Part shown: positions 1 through 8,615 of the stretch, one piece after another
Layout of the letters: every line of letters begins with the position of its first letter
Position numbering within the stretch: position 1 is the first letter of the stretch
NCBI GenBank assembly: GCA_964404005.1
Contig: CAYOIH010000001.1
Span: 226-64,225, forward strand
Reading direction: 5' to 3'
DNA length: 64,000 nt
Origin: an uncultured Candidatus Saccharibacteria bacterium
GTDB lineage: Bacteria; Patescibacteriota; Minisyncoccia; Minisyncoccales; Staskawiczbacteraceae
The notes under the pieces: generated by a model
Databases searched by the model: none
What the model was told of the DNA's origin: nothing
The model's input: the letters and a program-made list of their open reading frames with translations, nothing else
Program-made: the position numbers and the translations under genes

Positions 1-4
1 TGGT

Positions 5-358
5 ATGATACAGGCTACGTCTGCACCTCAACCCTCTGCTATTGTGGTTCTCGCAAATCTCACCGAAGAGCAACGAGACTTTTTCTTGGAAAGGATGCAC
101 TGGTGGAAGGGCACTCCTATCGGTCAGCACTTGGACCGTGTGGCAAAGGACTTCAACCTCATCAACTCCAAAAAAGGACTCGAGCTTGACGGAGATCAGG
201 TGAGGATTCTGCTCAGCCAGGCTCGCGAAGCGGCTCGCAATGAGTCCGCCAATGCGGTTCACGAGAAGGGCCCCGAGCTCAACGTGCGACGCAACGGCGA
301 AAACAATAAGCCTCGTTGCAAGAGGCGCAGTTCTCGTCCGCTGCAATCGCGGAGATAG
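5..358 (+). CDS. hypothetical protein, possibly 5'-truncated by the window edge; visibly more GC-rich than the rest of the window
   Basis: Open frame from the window edge followed by a strong terminator; no recognisable motif. Confidence 0.5.
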   Translation: MIQATSAPQPSAIVVLANLTEEQRDFFLERMHWWKGTPIGQHLDRVAKDFNLINSKKGLELDGDQVRILLSQAREAARNESANAVHEKGPELNVRRNGENNKPRCKRRSSRPLQSRR

Positions 359-373
359 TCTGCCCTTCGCCAA

Positions 374-416
374 GGGCTGTGCGCACACATTTTTGTGCGC
401 ACAGCCCGCTTTTTTT
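374..416 (+). terminator. intrinsic terminator
   Basis: 14-bp perfect stem GGGCTGTGCGCACA (374-387) / TGTGCGCACAGCCC (394-407) followed by a T-run. Confidence 0.8.
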
Positions 417-431
417 GCTATTTTTTAGATA

Positions 432-460
432 TTGCAATCAGTCTAAAAGTGTGCTAAAAT
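432..460 (+). promoter_or_regulatory. sigma70-type promoter of the lepB-hisS operon
   Basis: TTGCAA-N17-TAAAAT with extended -10 TG. Confidence 0.65.
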
Positions 461-491
461 ATTTAAATTAAAGCAATAAACAGTAAAATTC

Positions 492-1115
492 ATGGAAAAT
501 AAAAACAAAGAGACAGGTATGGAGATTGTAAAAAATAAAGAAGGATTTAAAAAATTTACTTCTTTTATTTTTGAGATTGTTAAAATAGCTGTTATCGCTT
601 TTGTTATTGTAGCTCCCATCAGATATTTTTTGTTCCAGCCGTTTATTGTCAGCGGGGCGTCTATGGATCCAAATTTTGCTACGGGAGATTATTTAATTGT
701 AGATGAAATCTCATACAGATTTTTTGATCCGCAAAGAGGGGATGTCGTAGTTTTTAATGCAGGATTTATAAAAGACCCTTCCGGCCAATATGGTTATGCT
801 GGCCAGCGTTTTATTAAAAGGGTTATAGGCCTTCCAGGAGAAACGGTTGATATAACAAATGGCGAAGTGGAAATTATCAAAGACGGCAAGACAACAATCT
901 TAGACGAAAAATATTTACCGAACGACCTAAAGACAATTGGCGAAATAAACATGACTTTAAAAACCGATGAGTATTTTGTTTTGGGAGATAACAGACAGTA
1001 CTCTTACGACTCAAGGGCGTGGGGAGTTGTTTTAAGAAAAGACATAATTGGCAAAGCATTTCTAAGAATTTTTCCGGTGACAACTTTATCGGAAATTTCC
1101 AGGCCAAGCTATTAA
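492..1115 (+). CDS. lepB: signal peptidase I
   Basis: TM segment, SGASMDP catalytic Ser, FIKRVIGLPGE catalytic Lys, GDNRxxSxDSR. Confidence 0.95.
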   Translation: MENKNKETGMEIVKNKEGFKKFTSFIFEIVKIAVIAFVIVAPIRYFLFQPFIVSGASMDPNFATGDYLIVDEISYRFFDPQRGDVVVFNAGFIKDPSGQYGYAGQRFIKRVIGLPGETVDITNGEVEIIKDGKTTILDEKYLPNDLKTIGEINMTLKTDEYFVLGDNRQYSYDSRAWGVVLRKDIIGKAFLRIFPVTTLSEISRPSY

Positions 1116-1137
1116 ATACTGACAAAACAGTAATATT

Positions 1138-2445
1138 ATGAGCAAAATTAAATACCAATCTTTAACCGGAATGCACGACATATTGCCAGAAGATCAGGTT
1201 TATTTCAAGCATGTTCAAAAAGTGGTTGAAGCCATTGCCAATTCCTACACTTTTGAAAAAATTGAAACGCCCATTCTGGAATTTACGGAGGTTTTCCAAA
1301 AAGCAGTCGGAGACGATACTGATATTGTGGGCAAAGAAATGTATACCTTTAGGACAAAGGGAGGAGATTTGGTTTCCTTGAGGCCGGAAGGAACTGCTGC
1401 TGTAATGAGAAGTTATTTGGAGCATGGGATGCATAATTTGCCCCAGCCCGTAAAACTTTGGTATGAGGGTCCGTTTTTCAGATATGAAAGGCCTCAGGCA
1501 GGAAGGTTCCGCCAATTCCACCAGTTTGGATTTGAAGTAATGGGAGAAAATAACCCTTCTATAGACAGCCAGATTATCCAGATGAGCTACGATGTTTTAA
1601 AAGAACTGGGATTTAAAAATCTGACAATCGAGGTAAATTCCATCGGAGATTCGGAATGCAGGCCATATTTTAAAAAAATATTAGCCAGTTATTTCAAATC
1701 AAAAAGATCTTCTTTGTGTCCGGATTGCCAGAGAAGGCTGAAAGAAAACCCATTAAGAATTTTAGACTGTAAAGAGGAAAAATGCCAAAGAGTAAAAGCG
1801 GGAGCTCCGCAGATAATAGACCATTTATGCGAAAAATGTCATGCGCACTTTAAAGACGTTTTGGAATTTTTAGACGAGTTGGAACTGCCATACACGTTGA
1901 ACCCATATTTGGTGCGCGGATTGGATTATTACACAAAAACAGTTTTTGAAATAGTTGAAAAAAATATCGCCGGAGATGATCTTGAAAAAGCAGTGGGCAC
2001 ATTGATCGGCGGAGGCAGGTATGATAATTTGGCAAAAATACTTGGGGGCAGAGATGTTCCGGGATGCGGATGCGCAGCCGGCATAGAAAGAATTGTAACT
2101 TTAATGAAAAGCAGGGAGATGAAAACCACCGGCAGACACAACTCTAAAAACGAAGCTCCTCAAATATTTTTAGCCCAATTAGGTCAGTTGGCAAAAAGAA
2201 AAAGCATGAAATTATTTGAAGAGTTCAGATCGGCTAAAATTTCAGTCGCAGAATCATTTTCAAAAGATTCTTTAAAAACCCAGTTAAGAACCGCGAATAA
2301 AATGAATATAAGGTGGGTTTTAATTTTTGGGCAAAAAGAAGCATTAGAAGATTTTATTACTTTAAGGGATATGGATACGGGAACCCAAAAAGAAATAAAA
2401 CTTGACAAGGTCGTAAGCGAAATGAAAGAAAAAATTAAAAAATAA
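1138..2445 (+). CDS. hisS: histidyl-tRNA synthetase
   Basis: LRPEGTA, FRYERPQAGRFRQFHQ, LVRGLDYYT, GGGRYD motifs. Confidence 0.97.
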   Translation: MSKIKYQSLTGMHDILPEDQVYFKHVQKVVEAIANSYTFEKIETPILEFTEVFQKAVGDDTDIVGKEMYTFRTKGGDLVSLRPEGTAAVMRSYLEHGMHNLPQPVKLWYEGPFFRYERPQAGRFRQFHQFGFEVMGENNPSIDSQIIQMSYDVLKELGFKNLTIEVNSIGDSECRPYFKKILASYFKSKRSSLCPDCQRRLKENPLRILDCKEEKCQRVKAGAPQIIDHLCEKCHAHFKDVLEFLDELELPYTLNPYLVRGLDYYTKTVFEIVEKNIAGDDLEKAVGTLIGGGRYDNLAKILGGRDVPGCGCAAGIERIVTLMKSREMKTTGRHNSKNEAPQIFLAQLGQLAKRKSMKLFEEFRSAKISVAESFSKDSLKTQLRTANKMNIRWVLIFGQKEALEDFITLRDMDTGTQKEIKLDKVVSEMKEKIKK

Positions 2446-2452
2446 ATAAATT

Positions 2453-2671
2453 ATGCCGATACAAGTAACAAAAAAAGACAAAGAAACTTCGCAAAACCTG
2501 GTGCACCGTTTTACAAAAACCGTGCGACAATCGGGAGTTTTGCTTCAGATAAGAAAAGGGCAGTTCCACAAAAGAGCCAAATCAGCTTTGGCTAAAAAAA
2601 GATCTGCTTTAAGAAGAGTTGAGAGAAAAGCAGAAAAAATAAAAGAAGACAAATTAGCAAAACCAAAGTAA
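2453..2671 (+). CDS. rpsU: 30S ribosomal protein bS21
   Basis: 72 aa basic protein with the bS21-like pattern; upstream of yqeY as in the usual rpsU-yqeY arrangement. Confidence 0.75.
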   Translation: MPIQVTKKDKETSQNLVHRFTKTVRQSGVLLQIRKGQFHKRAKSALAKKRSALRRVERKAEKIKEDKLAKPK

Positions 2672-2705
2672 GGTTGCTCTCGGTAACAAACTTTTTTCGC
2701 TTTAT

Positions 2706-3224
2706 ATGTTAAAACAGCAGATACAAAATTCTACTAAAGAAGCCATGAAAGCTGGAGATCAGTTTTTGGTTGGAACTTTGCGTATGTTGTCGGCTTCTAT
2801 TCTTACAAAGGAAAAAGAAAAGCGATATAAAACTTCCAAAGATCACCCGGATTTTGCAGAAGATAAGTTGCTAAAAGAATCAGAATTAACAGACGAGCAG
2901 ATAATTGAGGTTATATCTTCTGAAATTAAAAAAAGAAAAGACGCCGTTGTTTTATACGAACAGGGCAATAGGCAGGAGCTGGCAGACAAAGAAAAAAAGG
3001 AAATTGAAATTTTAATTAAATATCTGCCCGAGCAATTGTCCGAAGACGAATTAAAAAAAATGGTTGAAGAATCAATTGCAAAAGTTAGGGTCGAAATGAA
3101 GGACCCTTCGACAAGCTCAGGGCAAGTTATGGGGAAAGTAATGGCAGATTTAAATCCAAAGATTAAGGGCAAAGCAGACGGCGGGGAGGTAAGTAAAATT
3201 GTAAAAGAACTATTATCTAAATAA
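2706..3224 (+). CDS. yqeY: GatB/YqeY domain protein
   Basis: KEAMKA, YLPEQLS, MGKVM, KGKADG motifs. Confidence 0.9.
   Translation: MLKQQIQNSTKEAMKAGDQFLVGTLRMLSASILTKEKEKRYKTSKDHPDFAEDKLLKESELTDEQIIEVISSEIKKRKDAVVLYEQGNRQELADKEKKEIEILIKYLPEQLSEDELKKMVEESIAKVRVEMKDPSTSSGQVMGKVMADLNPKIKGKADGGEVSKIVKELLSK
3104..3123 (+). repeat. family A short imperfect-palindromic element, intragenic
   Basis: CCCTTCGACAAGCTCAGGGC, encodes PSTSSG inside yqeY. Confidence 0.85.
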
Positions 3225-3225
3225 G

Positions 3226-3263
3226 AAAAACCGGCCGGGTTCCCTTTTAGGGCCCGGTTTTTT
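3226..3263 (+). terminator. intrinsic terminator after yqeY
   Basis: GC-rich stem CCGGG..CCCT/AGGG CCCGG flanked by an A-run and a T-run. Confidence 0.65.
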
Positions 3264-3441
3264 GTTTGGAAACTAAACACTTCAATCCGGTCTGAGGTGT
3301 TTAAAAATTATTAAGGTTGCGACTGCTGGCGGAGATTTGCAGTGGAGTTATTAGTGATTGTTAACCCCGTCCGAGCTTAGCCCGGCGGGGTTTTTGTTTA
3401 TTTGGGGAAATGGTGTAAAATAGATAAACATACGGCTTATC

Positions 3442-3903
3442 ATGGAGATAAATAACCTCACTAATTTTTCTGTGGATAAAAAACTTTTTTCCACAGTTGC
3501 AAAAAAAGTATTAAAAGGCGAAAATAGAGGAACGGAAACAGTATCTCTGGCTTTTGTTGACAAAGGAGAGATAAAAAAGCTTAATAAAAAGTTTCGTGGC
3601 AAAAACAAGCCCACCGACGTTTTGTCTTTCGGGCAAAGTATTGACTACAAACTACCAACTACCAACTCGGAATTAGGCGAGATTGTTATCTGTCCGGAAG
3701 TTGTAAAAGAAAATTCCAAGAAGTACGGAGTTTCCGAAAAAAGCGAAATGTTGAAAGTTTTTATCCACGGGATTCTGCACCTATGCGGGTATGACCATGA
3801 AAAATCACCCGCCAGCAACGCTTCGCGTAGCGATGCGGGCTGGGAGAAGGAAGCAGAAATAATGGAAATAAAACAAGAAAAATATTTATCTAAATTAAGA
3901 TAA
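3442..3903 (+). CDS. ybeY: rRNA maturation endoribonuclease YbeY
   Basis: KPTDVLSF, LGEIVIC, HGILHLCGYDH zinc motif. Confidence 0.95.
   Translation: MEINNLTNFSVDKKLFSTVAKKVLKGENRGTETVSLAFVDKGEIKKLNKKFRGKNKPTDVLSFGQSIDYKLPTTNSELGEIVICPEVVKENSKKYGVSEKSEMLKVFIHGILHLCGYDHEKSPASNASRSDAGWEKEAEIMEIKQEKYLSKLR
3644..3667 (+). repeat. 7-nt tandem repeat inside ybeY
   Basis: ACTACAA ACTACCA ACTACCA ACT. Confidence 0.7.
3808..3843 (+). repeat. GC-rich hairpin element inside ybeY
   Basis: CCCGCCAGCAACGCTTCGCGTAGCGATGCGGG; adds PASNASRSDAGW after YDHEKS. Confidence 0.75.
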
Positions 3904-3906
3904 TCT

Positions 3907-5154
3907 ATGGCGCGTGGCAATATTGTAGTTGGCCTAGATATAGGAACGCACAGCATAAAAGCGCTGGTGGTCCAGCGGCCCAAAGGGCACCCTGGGAAAG
4001 ACTGGGAGGTTTTGTCGTACGCAGAAATACCTTCTTTCGGGCTCCGTAAGGGAGCTGTTGTTTCGGTTGAAGAAACCGCAAAAAATGTGCAGATGATAAT
4101 GTCGGGAGTCGAAAAAGATTGCAACAGAAAAATTAGTTCTGTCTTTGTAAATATCGGAGGTAGCCATCTTTATGTTACCCCGTCCGACGGAATTATTTCT
4201 GTTTCAAGGGCTGACCAAAGAATTTCCAAGGAAGATGTTGAAAGAGTTTTGCAGGCGACCAAAGCAATAAATATGTCCAGAAACGACGAAGTTTTAGACG
4301 TTATCCCAAGAGAGTATATTGTCGACGACCAGAAAGGTATAAAACAGCCGGAAGATTTAACAGGCATAAGACTGGAAGCAAAAGTTTTATTATTGTGTGT
4401 TTTTTCCCGTTATTTTATTAATTTAACTCAAGCTGTTTTAAATTCAAAACTGCAGATAAATGATGTGATACCATCTCCGCTGGCTGCCGCAAATGCTGTT
4501 TTAACGCCACAGCAAAAAGAATTGGGAGTTGCTTTAGTTGACATGGGAGCGGCTACAACATCTTTAGCGGTTTTTGAAGAAGGAGAACTGATACACTTGG
4601 CTGTTTTTCCGGTAGGCTCGGCGAATATTACAAACGATATTGCAATAGGCTTAAGAACAGAAGTTGCGATTGCCGAGTCTATTAAAAAACAGCATGGCAC
4701 ATGCATGTTTGCTGTTTCTGTCAAAGACCAGTCAAGAAAAAAAATTGAAATTTTTTCGGCCAAAGGCGGATCCGCCTCGGGCGGAGATAATACGCTTAAT
4801 TTTACAAAGAAAAATTTGGTTGATATTATCGAGCCCAGAGTTTCCGAAATTTTAGACCTGGTTCAAAAAGAGTTGAAAAAAATTAATAGGCAGGAATTAT
4901 TGCCGGGAGGAATTGTTTTGACCGGAGGCGGGGCAAAGATGCCAAAAATAAAAGAACTTACAAAAGAAACATTAAAACTTGCCTGCGAAATAGGAACTCC
5001 TAAGGGCATAATTGGTTTGCAGGATGATCCTGCTTTAGCAACTGTGGCGGGGTTGGTGATGGAGGGGGTTGATTCTGGCGGAGATGGTGGTAGAGTAGAC
5101 ATTGCGGGATTGGGAGCCAAAATAAAAAGGTGGCTCAAAAACTTCATCCCGTAA
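3907..5154 (+). CDS. ftsA: cell division protein FtsA
   Basis: GLDIGT, DMGAATT, ITNDIAIGL, VLTGGGA; C-terminal amphipathic helix. Confidence 0.95.
   Translation: MARGNIVVGLDIGTHSIKALVVQRPKGHPGKDWEVLSYAEIPSFGLRKGAVVSVEETAKNVQMIMSGVEKDCNRKISSVFVNIGGSHLYVTPSDGIISVSRADQRISKEDVERVLQATKAINMSRNDEVLDVIPREYIVDDQKGIKQPEDLTGIRLEAKVLLLCVFSRYFINLTQAVLNSKLQINDVIPSPLAAANAVLTPQQKELGVALVDMGAATTSLAVFEEGELIHLAVFPVGSANITNDIAIGLRTEVAIAESIKKQHGTCMFAVSVKDQSRKKIEIFSAKGGSASGGDNTLNFTKKNLVDIIEPRVSEILDLVQKELKKINRQELLPGGIVLTGGGAKMPKIKELTKETLKLACEIGTPKGIIGLQDDPALATVAGLVMEGVDSGGDGGRVDIAGLGAKIKRWLKNFIP
4756..4785 (+). repeat. 30-nt palindromic element inside ftsA
   Basis: Perfect 14-bp core AGGCGGATCCGCCT (4764-4777); encodes SAKGGSASGG. 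Confidence 0.8.
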
Positions 5155-5160
5155 GGTTTT

Positions 5161-6099
5161 ATGAATCCAAAAATTAAAGTTATAGGAGTGGGCGGGTCGG
5201 GTTCCAATACGGTTTCGAGAATGGCTCATCTGCGCAGGCAGACAGACACCAATATACAGGAAGTTGAATTATTGGCAGTGAATACCGATGCGCAAGCTTT
5301 ACATTTTTCCAAAGCAGATAAAAAGATTTTAATAGGAAAAGATATCACCAATGGCCTTGGAACCGGTATGGATGCGGATTTGGGTAGAAAGTCAGCTGAA
5401 GAATCCAAACAGGAAATTTTAGAAAATTTAAACGGAGCAGATATGGTTTTTGTGACTTGTGGACTTGGCGGAGGCACCGGCTCGGGCGCTTCGCCAATTA
5501 TTGCCGAGGCTTCAAAAAGCCTGGGCATTTTAACTATTGGGGTGGTCACAACTCCTTTTTCTTTTGAAGGTTTGGAAAGAAAAAAAGTTGCAGAGTCAGC
5601 TTTAAAAAACTTAAAAGGTTCCGTGGATTCTTTACTGGTAATTTCCAACGACAAGCTTTTAAAAATTATTGACGAAAAAACTACAGTATCAAACGCTTTT
5701 TTAATTTGCGACGATATTTTGCGGGAAGCCGTGCAGTCAATCACTGATTTGATTTTGGTGCAGGGAATTATAAATATTGATTTTGCGTCAGTTTTATCTA
5801 CCATGAAAGATTCGGGGTACGCATTGTTTGGTATGGGAAAAACAATGGGAGAAAATCGCGCAGTCAGGGCGGCTGAAATGGCGATAAACTCTCCATTGTT
5901 AGATTTTTCTATAAAAGGGGCAAAAGGAGTTTTGTTTTCAGTTGCGGGAGATGATGTCAGTTTAAATGAAATTAAAGAGGCCGCAAAAGTTATTACCCAA
6001 AACGTTGATCCCAAGGCGCAAATAATTTTTGGCGCCACAAAGGACAATAATCTTAAAAAGGGAGAAATAAAAATCACCGTAATCGCAACAAAACTCTAA
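5161..6099 (+). CDS. ftsZ: FtsZ-family protein lacking the C-terminal tail, with a T7-loop variant
   Basis: VIGVGG, NTDAQAL, GLGGGTGSG tubulin signature, PFSFEG; downstream of ftsA. Confidence 0.9.
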   Translation: MNPKIKVIGVGGSGSNTVSRMAHLRRQTDTNIQEVELLAVNTDAQALHFSKADKKILIGKDITNGLGTGMDADLGRKSAEESKQEILENLNGADMVFVTCGLGGGTGSGASPIIAEASKSLGILTIGVVTTPFSFEGLERKKVAESALKNLKGSVDSLLVISNDKLLKIIDEKTTVSNAFLICDDILREAVQSITDLILVQGIINIDFASVLSTMKDSGYALFGMGKTMGENRAVRAAEMAINSPLLDFSIKGAKGVLFSVAGDDVSLNEIKEAAKVITQNVDPKAQIIFGATKDNNLKKGEIKITVIATKL

Positions 6100-6168
6100 T
6101 AAATAGAAAAAATATCCACGATCAAGGGTGTTTTTTGTTTTATGGCGTAAAGTGGGGCGCATAAATAG

Positions 6169-6227
6169 TTATCCACAGATTTTATATGTAAAACGGGATT
6201 TGACACGCTTTTTTAATGGAGTAAAAT
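6169..6227 (+). promoter_or_regulatory. DnaA box plus sigma70 promoter upstream of nrdD
   Basis: TTATCCACA 6169-6177; TTGACA 6200-6205, N16, TAAAAT 6222-6227. Confidence 0.6.
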
Positions 6228-6359
6228 GTAGTAATCGACGCTTAAAAATAAAATATTAATTAAGGCATTTTAATAAACTCATTGTTTAGGAATCAGTCCT
6301 AGAATTCTTAAACAATAAGCTTAATTAAAGGCAAATGCCTTTTTTTGTCCCCTAAAACC

Positions 6360-8561
6360 ATGGAAGAAGAAGAAAAAAAAATAGGAAATCATATTGAGAA
6401 GGTCCAAAAAAGAGACGGAAGGGTCGTTACTTTTGAGCAGGAAAAAATTGAAGAGGCAATACATAAAGCGGTTGTTGCAACAAATCAGGGAGATGGCGTA
6501 GTTTCTAAAAAAGTTTCCGACAAAGTTGTAAGCCTACTAAATCGCAGATTTAAAAAAGGAGAGGTGCCGAATATTGAACAGATTCAGGATATTGTTGAAG
6601 AGGCGCTGATGTTGGAAGGATTGGTTGAAACAGCCAAGGCGTACGTTTTATATAGAGAACAAAGAAGAAGCATTCGCGAGGCGGCAAAAGCGGTTGACGA
6701 TTCTTCAGAAAAAATAGACAGCTATCTCAAAGAGATTGACTGGCAGGTAAAGGAAAACGCAAATATGACTTTTTCTTTGCAGGGGCTGAACCAGTATGTC
6801 GGTTCTTATATTTCTAAAAAATATTGGCTGAACAAAATTTATCCTAAAGAAATAAGGGACGCCGCAGCCAGCGAAGATTTTCATATTCACAACTTAGAAC
6901 TTTTGGCTCCTTATTGTGCCGGCTGGGATTTATATGATTTTTTGATAAAAGGTTTTGGCGGAGTTCCGGGTAAAATAGAATGTAAGCCCCCAAAACATCT
7001 TAGAACTGCTATGGGTCAATTGGTAAACGTTTTGTTTACTTTGCAGGGAGAAACTGCCGGTGCCAATGCTGTCTCAAATTTTGATACATTATTAGCGCCG
7101 TTTATCAGATATGACAAGTTAGATTATAAGCAGGTAAAACAAGTTATGCAGGAATTTTTGTACAGTTGCATGGTGCCGACGCGCGTTGGTTTCCAAACAC
7201 CATTTTTAAATGTTTCTTTAGATATTAAACCGCCGTCATTTTTAGCAAAACAGCCCGTGATTATTGGTGGAGAGGTGCAAAATGAAACCTATGGTGATTT
7301 TCAGCCGGAAATGGATATGTTTATCAAGGCCTTTTATGAAGGCTTGATGGAGGGAGATGCATCCGGCAGACCATTTACTTTTCCAATCCCGACAGTTTCG
7401 ATCGGAAAAGATTTCGATTGGGATAACCCGAATTTAATAGCAATGTGGGAGGCAACGGCAAAATACGGCGTTAATTATTTTTCAAACTTTATTCACTCAG
7501 ATATGAGCCCAGACGATGCGAGGTCAATGTGTTGCAGGCTTCGCTTAGATAATAGAGAGCTTTATAAAAGGGGTGGCGGATTATTCGGATCCTCCCCAAA
7601 AACCGGATCAATCGGAGTAGTTACAATCAACTTACCAAGAATTGGCTACACCTCTAAAACAAAAACAGAATTTTTTGAAAAATTAAGCCACTTAATGGAA
7701 CTAGCGAAAGAGAGCTTGGAAATTAAAAGAAAGGCATTGGACGACTTTATGGAGAAAGGACTTTATCCATATTCCAGACATTATTTGGAAGAAATGAAAA
7801 AAATGAGAAATACCTATTTTGGAAATCATTTCTCAACCATTGGAATTATGGGGATGAACGAGGCTTTGATTAATTTTTTGGAAGAAGACATCACAACTCC
7901 AAAAGGCAGAAAATTTGCAATTGAGATTCTTGATTTTATGAGAGATAAAATGATTAAGTTTCAGGAAGAAACGGGCAACCTTTATAATTTAGAGGCAACG
8001 CCGGGAGAAGGCACAAGCTATAGGCAGGCCAGAACAGATAAAGAAAAATATCCTGACATTGTTACAGCCGGCACGAAAGAAGTTCCATACTACACAAATT
8101 CAAGTCAGTTGCCGGTTGGTTTTACAGACGACGTTTTCCAGGCTCTTGATTTGCAAAATGATATTCAGACAAAATATACAGGCGGAACGGTTTTGCACAT
8201 ATTTTTAGGGGAAAAAATTTCAGATCCCAATATGGCAAAAAATTTAATCAAAAAAATATTTGAAAACTATAGTTTGCCGTATATTACCCTAACGCCAACA
8301 TTTTCAATTTGTCCTACGCACGGGTATATTTCCGGCGAACACTTTGAATGTCCCCAGTGTACAATAAAACAACCGTGTGAGGTTTACTCAAGGGTTGTAG
8401 GATATATAAGGCCCGTTCAGCAATGGCACAAAGGTAAGCAGGAAGAATATCGTGAGCGAAAAGAATTTGCCTTGCCCCAGGAAATGGCAAAAGAAGTTTT
8501 GGAAAAAGCATCCTCCTTCGCTGAAGCTACGGCGGACAAGGAAGAAAAAGCCACAGCGTAA
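6360..8561 (+). CDS. nrdD: anaerobic (class III) ribonucleoside-triphosphate reductase with N-terminal ATP cone
   Basis: VQKRDGR ATP cone, SMCCRL, EATPGEG, CxxH/CxxC zinc site, glycyl-radical motif SRVVGY; ATG 6360 preferred over TTG 6345. Confidence 0.95.
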   Translation: MEEEEKKIGNHIEKVQKRDGRVVTFEQEKIEEAIHKAVVATNQGDGVVSKKVSDKVVSLLNRRFKKGEVPNIEQIQDIVEEALMLEGLVETAKAYVLYREQRRSIREAAKAVDDSSEKIDSYLKEIDWQVKENANMTFSLQGLNQYVGSYISKKYWLNKIYPKEIRDAAASEDFHIHNLELLAPYCAGWDLYDFLIKGFGGVPGKIECKPPKHLRTAMGQLVNVLFTLQGETAGANAVSNFDTLLAPFIRYDKLDYKQVKQVMQEFLYSCMVPTRVGFQTPFLNVSLDIKPPSFLAKQPVIIGGEVQNETYGDFQPEMDMFIKAFYEGLMEGDASGRPFTFPIPTVSIGKDFDWDNPNLIAMWEATAKYGVNYFSNFIHSDMSPDDARSMCCRLRLDNRELYKRGGGLFGSSPKTGSIGVVTINLPRIGYTSKTKTEFFEKLSHLMELAKESLEIKRKALDDFMEKGLYPYSRHYLEEMKKMRNTYFGNHFSTIGIMGMNEALINFLEEDITTPKGRKFAIEILDFMRDKMIKFQEETGNLYNLEATPGEGTSYRQARTDKEKYPDIVTAGTKEVPYYTNSSQLPVGFTDDVFQALDLQNDIQTKYTGGTVLHIFLGEKISDPNMAKNLIKKIFENYSLPYITLTPTFSICPTHGYISGEHFECPQCTIKQPCEVYSRVVGYIRPVQQWHKGKQEEYRERKEFALPQEMAKEVLEKASSFAEATADKEEKATA
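8511..8539 (+). repeat. family C hairpin element at the nrdD 3' end
   Basis: TCCTCCTTCGCTGAAGCTACGGCGGAC; encodes SSFAEATAD. Confidence 0.75.
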
Positions 8562-8615
8562 AACTAAAAATAAAAACCACTTTATTCAGAAGCGGTTTTT
8601 TGTTAATATAAATTC

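Noticed and set aside
240-428. 62-aa ORF overlapping the first gene
   Set aside because: It runs through the terminator hairpin and overlaps a longer ORF.
773-806. Possible element in lepB (DPSGQYGYAG)
   Set aside because: Only a weak stem (GGCCA/TGGCC) with no match to the other families; this loop is naturally variable.
5226-6077. Long antisense ORFs (283 aa opposite ftsZ; others opposite clpB, ftsA, yqeY)
   Set aside because: They are shadows of conserved + strand genes with no motifs or independent signals.
3471-6177. DnaA boxes as the replication origin
   Set aside because: The boxes are sparse and partly intragenic, with no dnaA/dnaN and no strand switch in gene orientation.
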